Under the pieces are notes generated by a model, which worked only from the letters and a program-made list of their open reading frames with translations, made no database searches and was not told where the DNA came from. Of a stretch of 64,000 nucleotides of DNA, positions 41,655 to 52,822 are shown piece after piece. The stretch lies in contig NIVC01003274.1 of NCBI GenBank assembly GCA_002269645.1, positions 113,590 through 177,589 of the forward strand, read 5' to 3'. The position numbers were made by a program, and so were the translations under genes. This DNA is from Macrostomum lignano. Lineage: Eukaryota. Each line of letters opens with the position of its first letter. Position 1 is the stretch's first letter.

Positions 41655-41950
41655 GCAGCAGCACATTTAGCCTCGGCTGTGAGCAGTAAGACTCCGCGCG
41701 ATTATCAGGTCTGCCAGCTGGAGTCGACGACGGCGCAACAGGTCGCTTGGACGGGTCAGGCCGGTGCGGCGATATATTGTCCATTGGTGACTTGCTCGTT
41801 GCCGATCTCGTCGCCACGTCTACTTGCTGCTTCAGCGAGTCTGTCAGCGTCCAGATCTCAGCATTGTAAAGCCATTGGCCCAAGCACCGAATCGTTGGAG
41901 CATGAGTACTAACCGGGCATCGCAGCATTTCCAGGTCACCGCTGCACCGC
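41655..41950 (-). mobile_element. Degenerate RTE-like LINE fragment
   Basis: LYNAEIWTLTDSLKQQVD matches LLYNAETWTLTDSLEAQVD of the 44004-44871 element; nucleotide similarity is visible (GCCAGCTGGAGTCG.CGACGGCGCA). Confidence 0.75.
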
Positions 41951-42020
41951 ACTGAAGAGTTTAAGAGTGGTGATCAGTCACTTAAAAACTCCCACTCCCA
42001 AACACTCCCAAAACGCGCTC

Positions 42021-42170
42021 GATACAGGCTACTGACACTGCCCACCCCTCTTGATACAGGCTACTGACACTGTCCACCCCTCTTGATACAGGCTACTGAC
42101 ACTGTCCACCCCTCTTGATACAGGCTACTGACACTGTCCACCCCTCTTGATACAGGCTACTGACACTGCC
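42021..42170. repeat. 32-bp variant of the 28-bp minisatellite (~4.7 copies) at the A8 breakpoint
   Basis: Unit GATACAGGCTACTGACACTGTCCACCCCTCTT, joined directly to A7-like intron sequence TCAAATAGAAGGCATC. Confidence 0.9.
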
Positions 42171-42264
42171 TCAAATAGAAGGCATCCAATTAGTTGCTTG
42201 TAGAGTAGACAATCTTTCTATACTCATTTAATTCAAGTGATATCAAATTCAATTTGCTTTTCAG

Positions 42265-43840
42265 AGTGACTGGCCGAGAGAAAGTTCCGTGCCTCTCTCT
42301 CAGAGTCACTGAGTCCGACAGAGCGGTGGTCGAGTTCGGCGACTGCAGCAGCCCGATGCTGTCGCTGCTGAGCTTCCCGGAGACTTCGCGCTCCGTACCG
42401 AGCTCAGCAGCGCACTGCAGCAGCAGCGAGCTGGCGACTCTTCTTGATCGGCTTCAGAGTCGCTTTGCGGATGCCGAGTCCAATCAAGAGTTTTCTGCTC
42501 AAGGGAAAAAATAATTCGGCTAGAGAAGGAAATGAGTCATTTTTCCAGAAAAATCAGGCTTTTATCTATCCCGCCATTATCGTTGGTGCACTGCTGCTGA
42601 TTGCTGTCTTTGTGGTGCTGGCGTTCGCGATGAAGCCTCGACGGCGTCGCAGGCCAACTTACCAACTGAATTACCAACAGCAGGAATCTAAACAGCTAAC
42701 GGCAGGTTCCACAGTTATGGCTGTAGATGAACAACGGCAGGCGGTTAGTGACAATGACGACAGCAACCGGGATACTTTTGACGATGAGCACTGCTGCTCA
42801 GAATTTGGGTATGATGCCGATGTTGATGTGTCCGGTACGTTGGGTCCATTGTCTTGAAGTCTATTTTTCAAGCCCGGTTCTTCGATTGAAGTCTTTGTTT
42901 AAGGCCCAACATAACTCAACTTCAGAGCGGCGCCATCAAGCCGACTACAACACGGAGCCGGCTCTGCACACCTCGTACAGCATTGACAGCCTGGACCTGC
43001 TGGCTGCAGCAAACCGGCGGCTACTTCGCCAGCAAGAGGACCCCGGCAGCTTGTCATCCGCGCTAGACCATTACCTGGCCGGCGATGAGAGCAGCGACGA
43101 TTTCTCAGATTTGGTGCCGAACTCGTCGGACAGATTCGGACTCTCCGATTCCAAGTCTTTGTCCTCCTCTCTGTTCGACTCAGCTGTTGGCGGCGTCTCT
43201 GGAGAGGTGAGCTGGTTTCTGGCTTCATCTGCGAGTCTGCGTCTGTGCGAACTGGACTATTTGGAACTCTGCACTGGTGTCTGCCTCTTTTCTCACTCTA
43301 AACCTTTGTCTCACTGTCTACGTGTCTATCTCATCCTATATCTCAATGTCTACTTTTTTATTTCCCCTTTTTACCTCTAAATCATCATACGCATCTGTGT
43401 TCATGTACCACCTTTACGATGAGCTCCTGGTGAGCAGCTGTTACCGCACGTTTGTTTATAAGTCTAAATTTCACTGAAATATGAAATTAGACAGTTGCTC
43501 ACAGTATACATTTACCTATGCGTTCCATGTCTGATCAATAGCCTTTAGCGGTATCTATGAATTCGTTGCAGATAAAGTTTAGTTTAGCATTTTTATCCTG
43601 TTAGCTAGATTCACAACTATTTCATTCTTTCATCAGTGATGTTCCTTAATCCCTTCAATTTCGCACCTGCAGCCCAGTAGCAACAGCCGATCGGCATCCA
43701 ACGTTAGCCGACCTGAACCAACGGAGCAGCAGGATAATGAGAAGCCTGATGACTCACCTGAGGATCAGAGCGAGCTGCCCCCAGCCAACAACACCGAAAC
43801 GATGCTGCAACTTTGGCGCAGAAAAATTGATCAATCTGGC
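42265..43840 (+). pseudogene. Family A copy A8: 5'-truncated duplicate of A7, frameshifted and LINE-disrupted
   Basis: Starts in the intron before the stalk/TM exon. An extra A in GGGAAAAAATAA gives a stop at 42514. The tail exon is A7-like, and the last exon is cut at GATCAATCTGGCG by a LINE fragment. Confidence 0.85.
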
Positions 43841-43846
43841 GACCAA

Positions 43847-43917
43847 GCGCCCTTTGTTCGCGCCCAGGCTCTGAAGTGTGCGCTGTGACGCAGCTTTTTT
43901 CCACCTGACAGCGTACT

Positions 43918-43967
<50 letters not shown>
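43847..43967 (+). mobile_element. Short 3' end of an RTE-like LINE with (GTT)n tail
   Basis: GCGCCCTTTGTTCGCGCCCAGGCTCTGAAG..CTGACAGCGTACTTTGTTGTTG matches the 3' end of the minus-strand copy at 44004-44110. Confidence 0.75.
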
Positions 43968-43969
<2 letters not shown>

Positions 43970-44003
43970 AGATTCAGTGTACTCTCGTCCAACTAACAAT
44001 AAC

Positions 44004-44871
44004 AACAACAACAACAACAGAGTACGCTGCCAGTTCACAAAAGCAGCGTCAGATGGCGCGCTTCAAAGCTTGGGCGCGAACAAAAGCCGCACCGCCGGCA
44101 GAGTCCGGGGCGCCGGCGTCAGCCAGCAGACAGTCGACGTAGCGCCGAGTCCTCGCCTGTCCCCGCCGGTAGGGTGCCTGCAACGTAAGTAGCAGCACCT
44201 CCTGCACCGGCTCCGGACAGTAGGCCTCGGCGCGGATGACGTGGCCTGCCAGCTGGAGTCGCCGACGGCGCAGCAGGTCGCTAGGACGGGCCAGGCCGGC
44301 GCGATGATAGAGCGCCGTGTTGGTGACTCGCTCGTTGCCGATCTTGAAGGCGGCGCGCAGCAGGCCAGCGTGCGCCGCGTCGACTTGAGCCTCGAGCGAG
44401 TCTGTCAGCGTCCAGGTCTCGGCGTTGTATAACAGGACGGTCTCGATCACCGCCTGGAACAGCGCCGCCCTCTGGTGGTCCGGTAGGGCCTCGGACTGCA
44501 GGACTGACCTTATAGAACGAAAGGCAGCCCAAGCAAGTCCTCGGCGACGCCGCAGATCCTCGCGGACGTCGGGAACCAGACCGCCGAGGTAGACGAACTG
44601 CTGACATCTTGGAAGCTCACTCGCCTGTCCGTCAGCGCCTCGGCAGAAGATTGCAGCCTCGGTGTCGTCCGGCACGCATAGCACGACGGTCTTCTGCGTG
44701 TTGACCACCAGGCCGACGCTCGCCGCAACGGCAACCAGCCTATCCAGCTGTCGTTGGGCGCCCTCGACGGTCGAGGACAGCAGGGCGAGGTCATCGGCGT
44801 AGCCAAGCACGCTGAGCCGTCTCTCCGGTTGGCGTCGACCCACGCGTCGCCGCAGCAGGAAGCCGTCGGAC
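44004..44871 (-). mobile_element. 5'-truncated RTE-like non-LTR retrotransposon with TSD
   Basis: ORF with GYADDLALL, FVYLGG and LLYNAETWTL; (GTT)n tail; 9-bp TSD AACAATAAC at 43995-44003 and 44872-44880. An empty-site homolog ACTGACAATAACGGACT lies near 41180. Confidence 0.9.
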
Positions 44872-45703
44872 AACAATAACGGACTGTGTTAGTGTTTGTG
44901 CGTAGTTTATAAATAGATTGTCTGATATATTAAGCTCAAGTTTTAATTAACATTTACGAGAGTAGTTGGCAACCCTTCATACATTTTTATTGGAATCTCT
45001 AAATCTCACATGCGAATGTCAGTTGATAAGAGTGCTTTAAGATACTACTTGATAAAAGAAAAGCTGGGTCACGAACTGGAGACGATAAAAGGCTTAAAAT
45101 CCCATGCCTTTCACTGATCCCACTGATTATTCATACAATTTCATCAATCATCCATCGATATAGGAAGTACAATTATAAAGGTAATGTAAATAAACTGATT
45201 AAACAATTAAACAACTAAAAAACCTATCTCAGCATAAAACTTGACAATACGTGTTACGTATTCCATACAGGTTAAAACAAGTATGCACCTTACTTTGCTT
45301 TGCTCGTGGTAGGGCAAAGCATTCGGAACTAGCTCAGAATTATGAAAATAACATGGCACACGGCCTTGGAGTGACCCAAACTGAGACAATTTCGGTCTTT
45401 CAGTCCACCCAGCTGCATGTGCACTAGTGAGCATACACATGCGTTCGTAGTGCGAGCCAATTTTTGTAAGCTTGGTAGCTATTTATATCAAATTATGATG
45501 CAAATTTTACTGTTTCTCTGTAGAAAGAAGCAGTCAACATGGCACAAATACGCGTCCACGGCAATAAAGATTCGAAGTACAACAAGAACCAGGTAAAAAA
45601 ATCATAAAATTTCGCTCTTCTAACTGCTTAGAAAAATGCTCTTTCAAGCAGATTCTGTTTAAGTAGGGACTAGGTAGGGACGCGAATAAGTGCGCACGGC
45701 AGA

Positions 45704-46480
45704 CTAAAGTTTAGTAGTTTCAAGTAGAAACCCAGACGTCTGGTCCTCTGCGCCTTTTGTAGCCGCCCTAGCTACCAATCTCAGTTTCTGCTCCTCCCTG
45801 CTGAGCTGATAAAGAAATCGAATGCAGCCTGCATCGCCGTACAATAACGAAAGCTGCTGCAAAGGCAGGAGCATGACAGGAGAAGCAACAGCACACTCTA
45901 TGATTGCTGCTGACACGCCAGCCTCCCGCTCTGTCTCTCGCTGAGAAATTGTCCCATTGTCAGCTGGTGGAATCGCTGAGATGAAGCTCAGCAGCTGATT
46001 GATTCTGCTGGACAGCAAGCTGACGTTGCAGGGCGCGGAGTTCGATGCGGAGCGCACAGTCTGCGGGAAGCTCAGCAGCGACAGCATCGGGCTGCTGCAG
46101 TCGCCGAACTCGATCACCACTGCTTCGGACCCTCAATGACAAGCACAGACATGTCACTCTGCCTGTCACTCTGAAATCTACAGCGAGAATACGTGAATGG
46201 ATCCGGCTTCAATTTTCTTTTTCCATCCCAACGAACTCTTGATTTGAATTTCGGCCTTGTTGACGCAGCGGCTGAATTCAGTGGCCAGAGGCAGTCCTTG
46301 CACAACTAACTGGACGCCAGTTTGCGGTCCCGGGTTCTTCTTGAATCTCCATCGGCAGCGGTTGTAATCGAATCGTTTCACGCTGTCAACATCCTGCAGT
46401 TCCTGTATCAGAGTCTCATCTTTGTTCATTCTATTGTCAAGAAGTAGAACATCCTGGCCCAACGGTCTGCAGTGGTGATT
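45704..46480 (-). pseudogene. Inverted, internally deleted duplicate of A6
   Basis: On the minus strand, the A6 CUB-like exon is fused at TCGCT to the end of the intron before the stalk/TM exon (two exons missing). The TM is frameshifted. The A6 3' flank is also copied (~45555-45703). Confidence 0.88.
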
Positions 46481-46631
46481 AATAATAATAGTAATAATAA
46501 CAGTAATTGATTATGGGCAGATGTGCAACCGACAGATCAGCCGCAGCTATTGCGCGGCGCATCTGAAGACTGCGTACGGCTATTCAGTCCAGGGACTGGG
46601 GGTTTGCCACACACACAGCCTCAATTACCCC
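46481..46631 (-). mobile_element. 3' fragment of the CORE/Meta-type SINE
   Basis: Reverse complement of the 3' half and ATT-rich tail of the 33735-34020 SINE. Confidence 0.82.
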
Positions 46632-47043
46632 TGCCCACCACCCTTGATACAGACTACTGACACTGCCCATGCCTACCTCTCTTGTTACAGGCTATTGACA
46701 TAGCCCAGCTAATTCCTAAATTCACGCTCCTGTCCTGCTCTTAAACATGGAGCTAAAAAACTGTTGTCACTCAACTCCCGTTAACATGGAACTAAAAAAC
46801 TGCTCATAGCAGAGTCCCTGTTTACAAGGTAGGAACTAGCATTCGCAGTTGAGTACACTCGCCTCTGTACGCTCGTTCATTGTTGTAAAAATTACTATTT
46901 TTAGACTGCTGTCAGAGCCATGAAAGACGATTGGTTAATCATTTAAACATATATATGACACCCTTTTAAACAGCCTGCGAAAAAATTTCAAAACTAGCTC
47001 GATGATATTTCAAAAATTGTGCTCTTTGGATTCAAAAGGAATC

Positions 47044-49370
47044 ATGGTAAGCGTGATTGTCAATATAATGTAAACCTACTATTAGCAAAAATATTCAAAT
47101 AAATACGAACACTTTAAAAGCAAATATAGCTAGCTAATGATCTCCCTTCGTATAACAGAACAAAATCCTTTCTTACACGGTAGTATTTGCAGTTGGTACA
47201 CTTGACTCTGTACTCTCGTGCATTGTAGTCGATAGCTAAATACGCTCGTAATATATATTTTTTTGGTTTATAATTCGAATATAGCTTGTATATATATCAA
47301 ACGCCTTTTAAACATCATGCGAAAAGTTTTAAAACTAGCTTGATTAGCTATATTGATTATATTGAGAAAAGACTTGTCAATGTCAATATTCAAACCTATT
47401 ATAAGTAAAATTATTGAAAATCTCAGCAATTGAAATGCAAATATACAACTGATGTCTAACATCCATCTAAAAAAATCTCCAAGACTATACAGACTAAACT
47501 GTTACGAAAATTCCTTAAAATTTTAGATTTCAGCATATCTGTGGCTTTTATTGATTGTGGTCTTTATGACATTTTATCCGTGAGTGAATTTTCATGCATT
47601 TTATAAAATATTTAAAACTATGTAAACACAGTTTTATTTCCTTTTCGCGTACAAAAGACAAAATAAAAACAAAGCTTGCAACAAAAAATTTTGTAACGCA
47701 GGTCCGCCGAAGAAAACCACTACTGCCTCCACGGAGAGTCGGTCGCAGTGCAACTAGACGATTATTATAACCGAGACGAGACCATCGTTCCCATGATTCT
47801 GGGCGAGTCAACTAAAGGCCAATGTAAGCCCAAGCAATGCCGGTGGGACATCAGACTGAAGACAGCGAAGCCCGGCATGCAGCTCGTGATTTCAGCGGTG
47901 CCCAACAAAAAAAATTCAGATCGACAACTGCCAATGGAAAAGCCAAAATGTCGGTCGACTTCTTGAACCGCGATTTCAGCATCGTTACGACTGGGATGTT
48001 TACAGTTCTACCAGCGACAGAGCAGTGAGTACAGCTCAAACTGATGTTGTTTGTCTCGCTAGAGTTCGATGAATCACGGAAAACTTGGCGACTTCATTTC
48101 AGTCGGCGCTTCACCGTCGATCTCAACTGGGATCCACGAATGCAGAAACCGAGCTCCGACAACCTGAGGATTTTGCTGCCGATTCCGGGACAGTGCGGCC
48201 GAGACATGCTGTGGTTCAGTGGCAGCTGCTATGCTGTCAGTGCAGTGCAGCAGAGTGTGGCTGACGCAACGGATAGCGTTGGAGGCGATGCTCAGCTGGC
48301 CAGCTTCTCCAGCATGGCTGAGATCAGCGAGTTCATCGCTGCCAGTGAGTCATTATGAGCTGTCTTTGTAACTGAACTGATCTCAGTTAAACAACTCAAA
48401 AACACTTTTCTTTTGTATTGCAGACACGGCAAGGCTGAATGAGTTTCCCTACCGAAGTCCTCTGAGCCTGCGCCAGCCGGTCCGTCTCGGCATGTTTCTG
48501 AACGCATCCGCTGCCACCGCGCTGACCGCCGTCAGAAGTGACAGCGGCTGCGTGCTGAAAACAGAAAAGCTCGAAAACATTACGTAAGTTGTTCAATTTG
48601 GATACATCTGGAATCTTCTTTACCAATTTTACACCACTACTTCTACATCAAATTGAAAGCATCGAGTAATTTTCCTGTACAACAGACAATCTTTCTTTGC
48701 TTTCATTGATTTTAATTGATTCAGAGTGACTGGTCAAGAGAAAGGTCCGTGCCTCTCTCTCAGAGTGACCGAGTCCAACAGAGCGGTGGTCCAGTTCGGC
48801 GACTGCAGCAGCCCGATGCTGTCGCTGTTGAGCTTCCCGGAGACTTCGCGCTCCGTGCCGAGCTCAGCAGCGCACTGCAGCGGCAGCGAGGTGGCGACTC
48901 TTCTGGATCGGCTTCAGAGTCGCTTTGCGGATGCCGAGTCCAGTCCAGAGTTTTCTGCTCAGAGGACAAATCATTCAGCTATGGAAGGAAATGAGTCATT
49001 TTTCCAGAAGAATCAGGCTTTTATCTATCCCGCCATTATCGTTGGTGCACTGTTACTGATTGCTGTCTTTGTGCTTCTGGCGTTCGCGATGAAGCGTCGA
49101 CGGCGACGGCGTTCTCAGCTGAAAGAATCAAATCCTGAGTCTGTCGTCTTTCATCTACCTGGTTTCCGCCGTTCAGTGTCCACTCGCTCCGATCGCGACG
49201 AGGTCACTGACCGAGGCACCTCGGCCGGCGCATTGTTAGAAGATCATCACGGGAAAGTCGCTAAGGAAAAATTACTTTCCAAGGGAAATCAACCTCTGTT
49301 AGACGGTCCGCTAAGTTTACGTCGTGAATCGCAGACTTTTGATGTCATTGATTCTGACATTGCTTTATGA
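47044..49370 (+). CDS. Family A copy A9 (frameshift at an A8 run in the CUB-like exon)
   Basis: ATG|GTAAGC at 47044-47046, then exons 47527-47579, 47702-48024 (frame break at 47907-47914), 48103-48344, 48424-48583 and 48725-49370. The ectodomain and TM are close to A7. Confidence 0.75.
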
Positions 49371-50338
49371 TTTTTATGGTTTCGCGAGTATGTTCGTTTT
49401 GGTTTTGCACCGAGCCGTTTCTGTAAAATTTTTATGTAAAGAACCCAAGTATGTGACAGAAAATTATATCCAGATTCCTACAGTTTTAGTGTTTTTCTTT
49501 CATTCGAATTTTTGAAATCAATTTTTGGATCCGTAATGCGTTGCTTCAGCCAGAGTTTTCTGTACAGACTCACCTCTTGACATGCTTCATCCGAAAAGAG
49601 TTTTTTAACTACACACATCTGCGCATGTGTCTGAATAAGAATTTTGGATATGATATATTAATATAATTTTCTATGGCAGCTCACTGATGTTTGATAATTC
49701 ATTTTCTTCAGAAGGATTCTTGAGAGAATGGAAATTTAAAAATGTTACATTTATAATGGACAGATTTGCTCTGTCACGGAAATAGAAAAAGACACGGTAG
49801 CAGTGCAGTCTAAAGGGATTTGCATTCTACTCATAACTTGCATTGCAATCTTAATACAGGTGTAGCTCAGACGAACGAACTCAAACCTCAAATTGTGAAA
49901 GTTCAATTTCAGGACAGCTGCTAGCAAAATAACAAAAGTGGCTACTGCAGAAAGATTTGAAGCTATTTTCCAACTTTTCTGCCACTGAGTACACCCACAG
50001 GTATAGAAACTGTCGGTAAGTATTAAATGCAGTGCACACATCGTGCGCTACACAATATCGTACTTGCTTTGTAACAGTGTACTTTGCATTTTCTCATAAC
50101 ACTTTTTTCTGTCGATCTTCTAAAAATAAATATGATGGCCGCTCAGTACCTTGTTAGTAGGAAACGAGCAAAATTTCAAGCCTTAGAAAATTCCTGAACA
50201 AGGTACTACTCTATAGGCAGGAATGCCATAAAAACAAGCCTTCGCGTGAACACCGAAGACACAAGCTTAATCCGTGTGCATTGAAACTGATCTCACCGAT
50301 TAAGTATTATTGGATATTGGACAGCCACTATACGGAAA

Positions 50339-52822
50339 ATGTGTCAATCTGATATGAGCTGGTTTCTGGTCATTGGCGTGCTTAGTTCACTGGTCTCCAA
50401 GTAAGTGCAGCATCTGAACTGATAAAATTGATTGATGCACTAAAATGCACCAAATGTATCAATAGCTAATCTTTTTAGCTATTTTTTAGAATGTGGGTGT
50501 GAGCAGTTAGTTTATTTAAAAATAGGTTATAATGTTGTGCACTCTTTTAGTACCTTCTGGGATGTCAGCGATGTCTATGCTAATATACGCTGGATGAAAA
50601 CAGTCACTGGCACCTTCTTGATAGAAGTATTGTCGACTTTATGCACATCACTGAAACTGCTCACTGAAACATTTCACTGAAGATGCTTAGATTGGCATAA
50701 AAAGTTCTTACAAAAGTACACGAAAGCACGCATAAAATCAAGCAGCATAAGCTAGGCAGCTAATGAAACCAAAACAAGCACTTTGCTTTTGTCGTTGGTG
50801 TAGCTCGAACTTGTTTCACTTGTCCCATTGTAAGTAATACTTTACCCAGCACAATGTACAATGAACTAAGATGTCCTTGGTATCCTGGCTATACTCGTAG
50901 ATACGTACGGTGACACATGCTGTTCACACCTAGCTGAGCGACTGTTCTCTCACTTATTAGGTGAGGTGACACACAGTTTGGAATCTAATTTGCAGATCTG
51001 TTGGTAAGAACCACTACTGCATCAACGGAGGAATAAGGATGGTGGAATTGGATGAAAACCTCAACTGGAATGAGACGATAGTTCCTCAGTTCCTTAGCAA
51101 AACTTCACAAGATCAACTAAAAAAGTGCAGGTGGGACATCAAATTGAAGACATCGAATCCCGGCATGCAGCTCGTGATTGCAGCGGTGCCCAGCAAAAAC
51201 AATCGATCAACTGCTGATGGGGAGGTTGAAATGTCGGTCGAATTCTTGAACAGCAATTCCATCAGCGTTACGACCGGCATGTTTCAAGTTCTACCAGCGA
51301 CAGAGCAGTGAGTACAGCTCAAACTGATTCTTTTTGTCTTGTTAGCGTTCAATGAATCAAAAACATTTTGCGACTTTATTTCAGTCGGCGCTTCACCGTC
51401 GAAGTCAGCTGGGATCCACGGAGGCAGGCACCGAGCTCCGAAAATCTGAGGATATTGCTGCCGATTCCGGGAAAGTGCGCCAGAGACATGCTGCAGTTCA
51501 ATGGCAGCTGCTATGCTGTCAGTGCAGTGCGGCAGAGTATGACTGACGCTACGGATAGCGTTGGAGGCGATGCTCAGCTGGCCAGCTTCTCCAGCATGGC
51601 TGAGATCAGAGAGTTTATTTCTGCTAGTGAGTCATTATGAGTTGTCTTCGTAATTGATTTTTTAAGTACGTATCAGCGGCCTCAAGCACACTAATCCTGT
51701 CTCATGGAATTGCAGACACGGCAAGGCAGGATAAGTTACCCTACCGACGGCCCCTGGGTCTGAAACAGCCGGTCCGCCTCGGCATGTTCCACAATGCATC
51801 AGCTGCTGCCGTGTTGTCCGCGGTCAGGAGTGACAGCGGCTGCCTTCTGCAGCTTGTGTCGAATTCGTTTAACTTTTCGTAAGGCTTTGAGTCTGTTGGA
51901 ATTTTGTTTTTAATTGTTTAAATTTCACCTCTGTCTGTCTACGTCTCGCGTGTAGGGTAAATTGTGGAGCCAGTTCGAAAATTGATGGCCTTTGGCGCTC
52001 GCTGATAAGCTGGATCTTCTCTTTGTATCCTTTCATAATTCGTTTTCAAATTTCCCTGGGCCCTGTATTACTTAAGCCATCCAAACACGCTGTTGATCTA
52101 TTCAAATCCAAATCTTTTACCCAGTCGGAATTTCAGTTTGGATTCGGGATTTACGTCAGGGACGTCATGCTGGCTCATGCGGAATCTTTATCTCGTATGA
52201 GCCAAATAAAGCCCATGAATTGCATGCAGCACAATATTAAAATATTTTCAGACTGACTGGCCGAGAGAGAGGTCCATGTCTGTCTCTAAGGGTGACTGAC
52301 GAAGACTCAGCTGTGGTCGAGTTCGTTAATTGCAGCAGCCCGATGCTGTCGCTGCTGAGCTTTCCTGAGATTGCGCGCTCCGCGCCGAACTCAACAGCGC
52401 ACTGCAGCGGCAGCGAGCTCATGAAGCTGGTTCAACTGAAGCTGAGCTACCAAGTCAGCACAACTCTGAGCCCGAGCCAGATTCATTCTCGGAGAACTCG
52501 GATAGCGGTTTTCTCTTCCGTTGGCTTGGGTGTCCCCTTGCTGATTGGCGTCCTTGTCGGCTTGGCGTGCGTGCTGTACCGGCGACAAAGGAGTTTCGAT
52601 ATCCGAGGAAACAATCCGGAAGGAGACCAACAACAAGACCCTGCAAGGGCCGTTTCAGCAATCTCAGACAACGATCCGGTAAGACAGCGAAACCCAGTAA
52701 TGTCCGGCTTCAGACGTCTGTCTTCATTCCGTCAAAGTCGCCGAGAAAGAGGGGTCTGTGGAATTGCATTAGCGGAACAAAATGGAAACGCACCGCTTGA
52801 CCCCAACGCCAATCAACCATAA
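50339..52822 (+). CDS. Family A copy A10, apparently intact
   Basis: Exons 50339-50400 (MCQSDMSWFLVIGVLSSLVS), 50996-51307, 51385-51626, 51716-51878 and 52252-52822 (TM IAVFSSVGLGVPLLIGVLVGLACVLY). Confidence 0.84.

Noticed and set aside
43754-44192. Poly-Thr, poly-Val and poly-Asn ORFs
   Set aside because: They derive from the (GTT)n/(AAC)n LINE tails.
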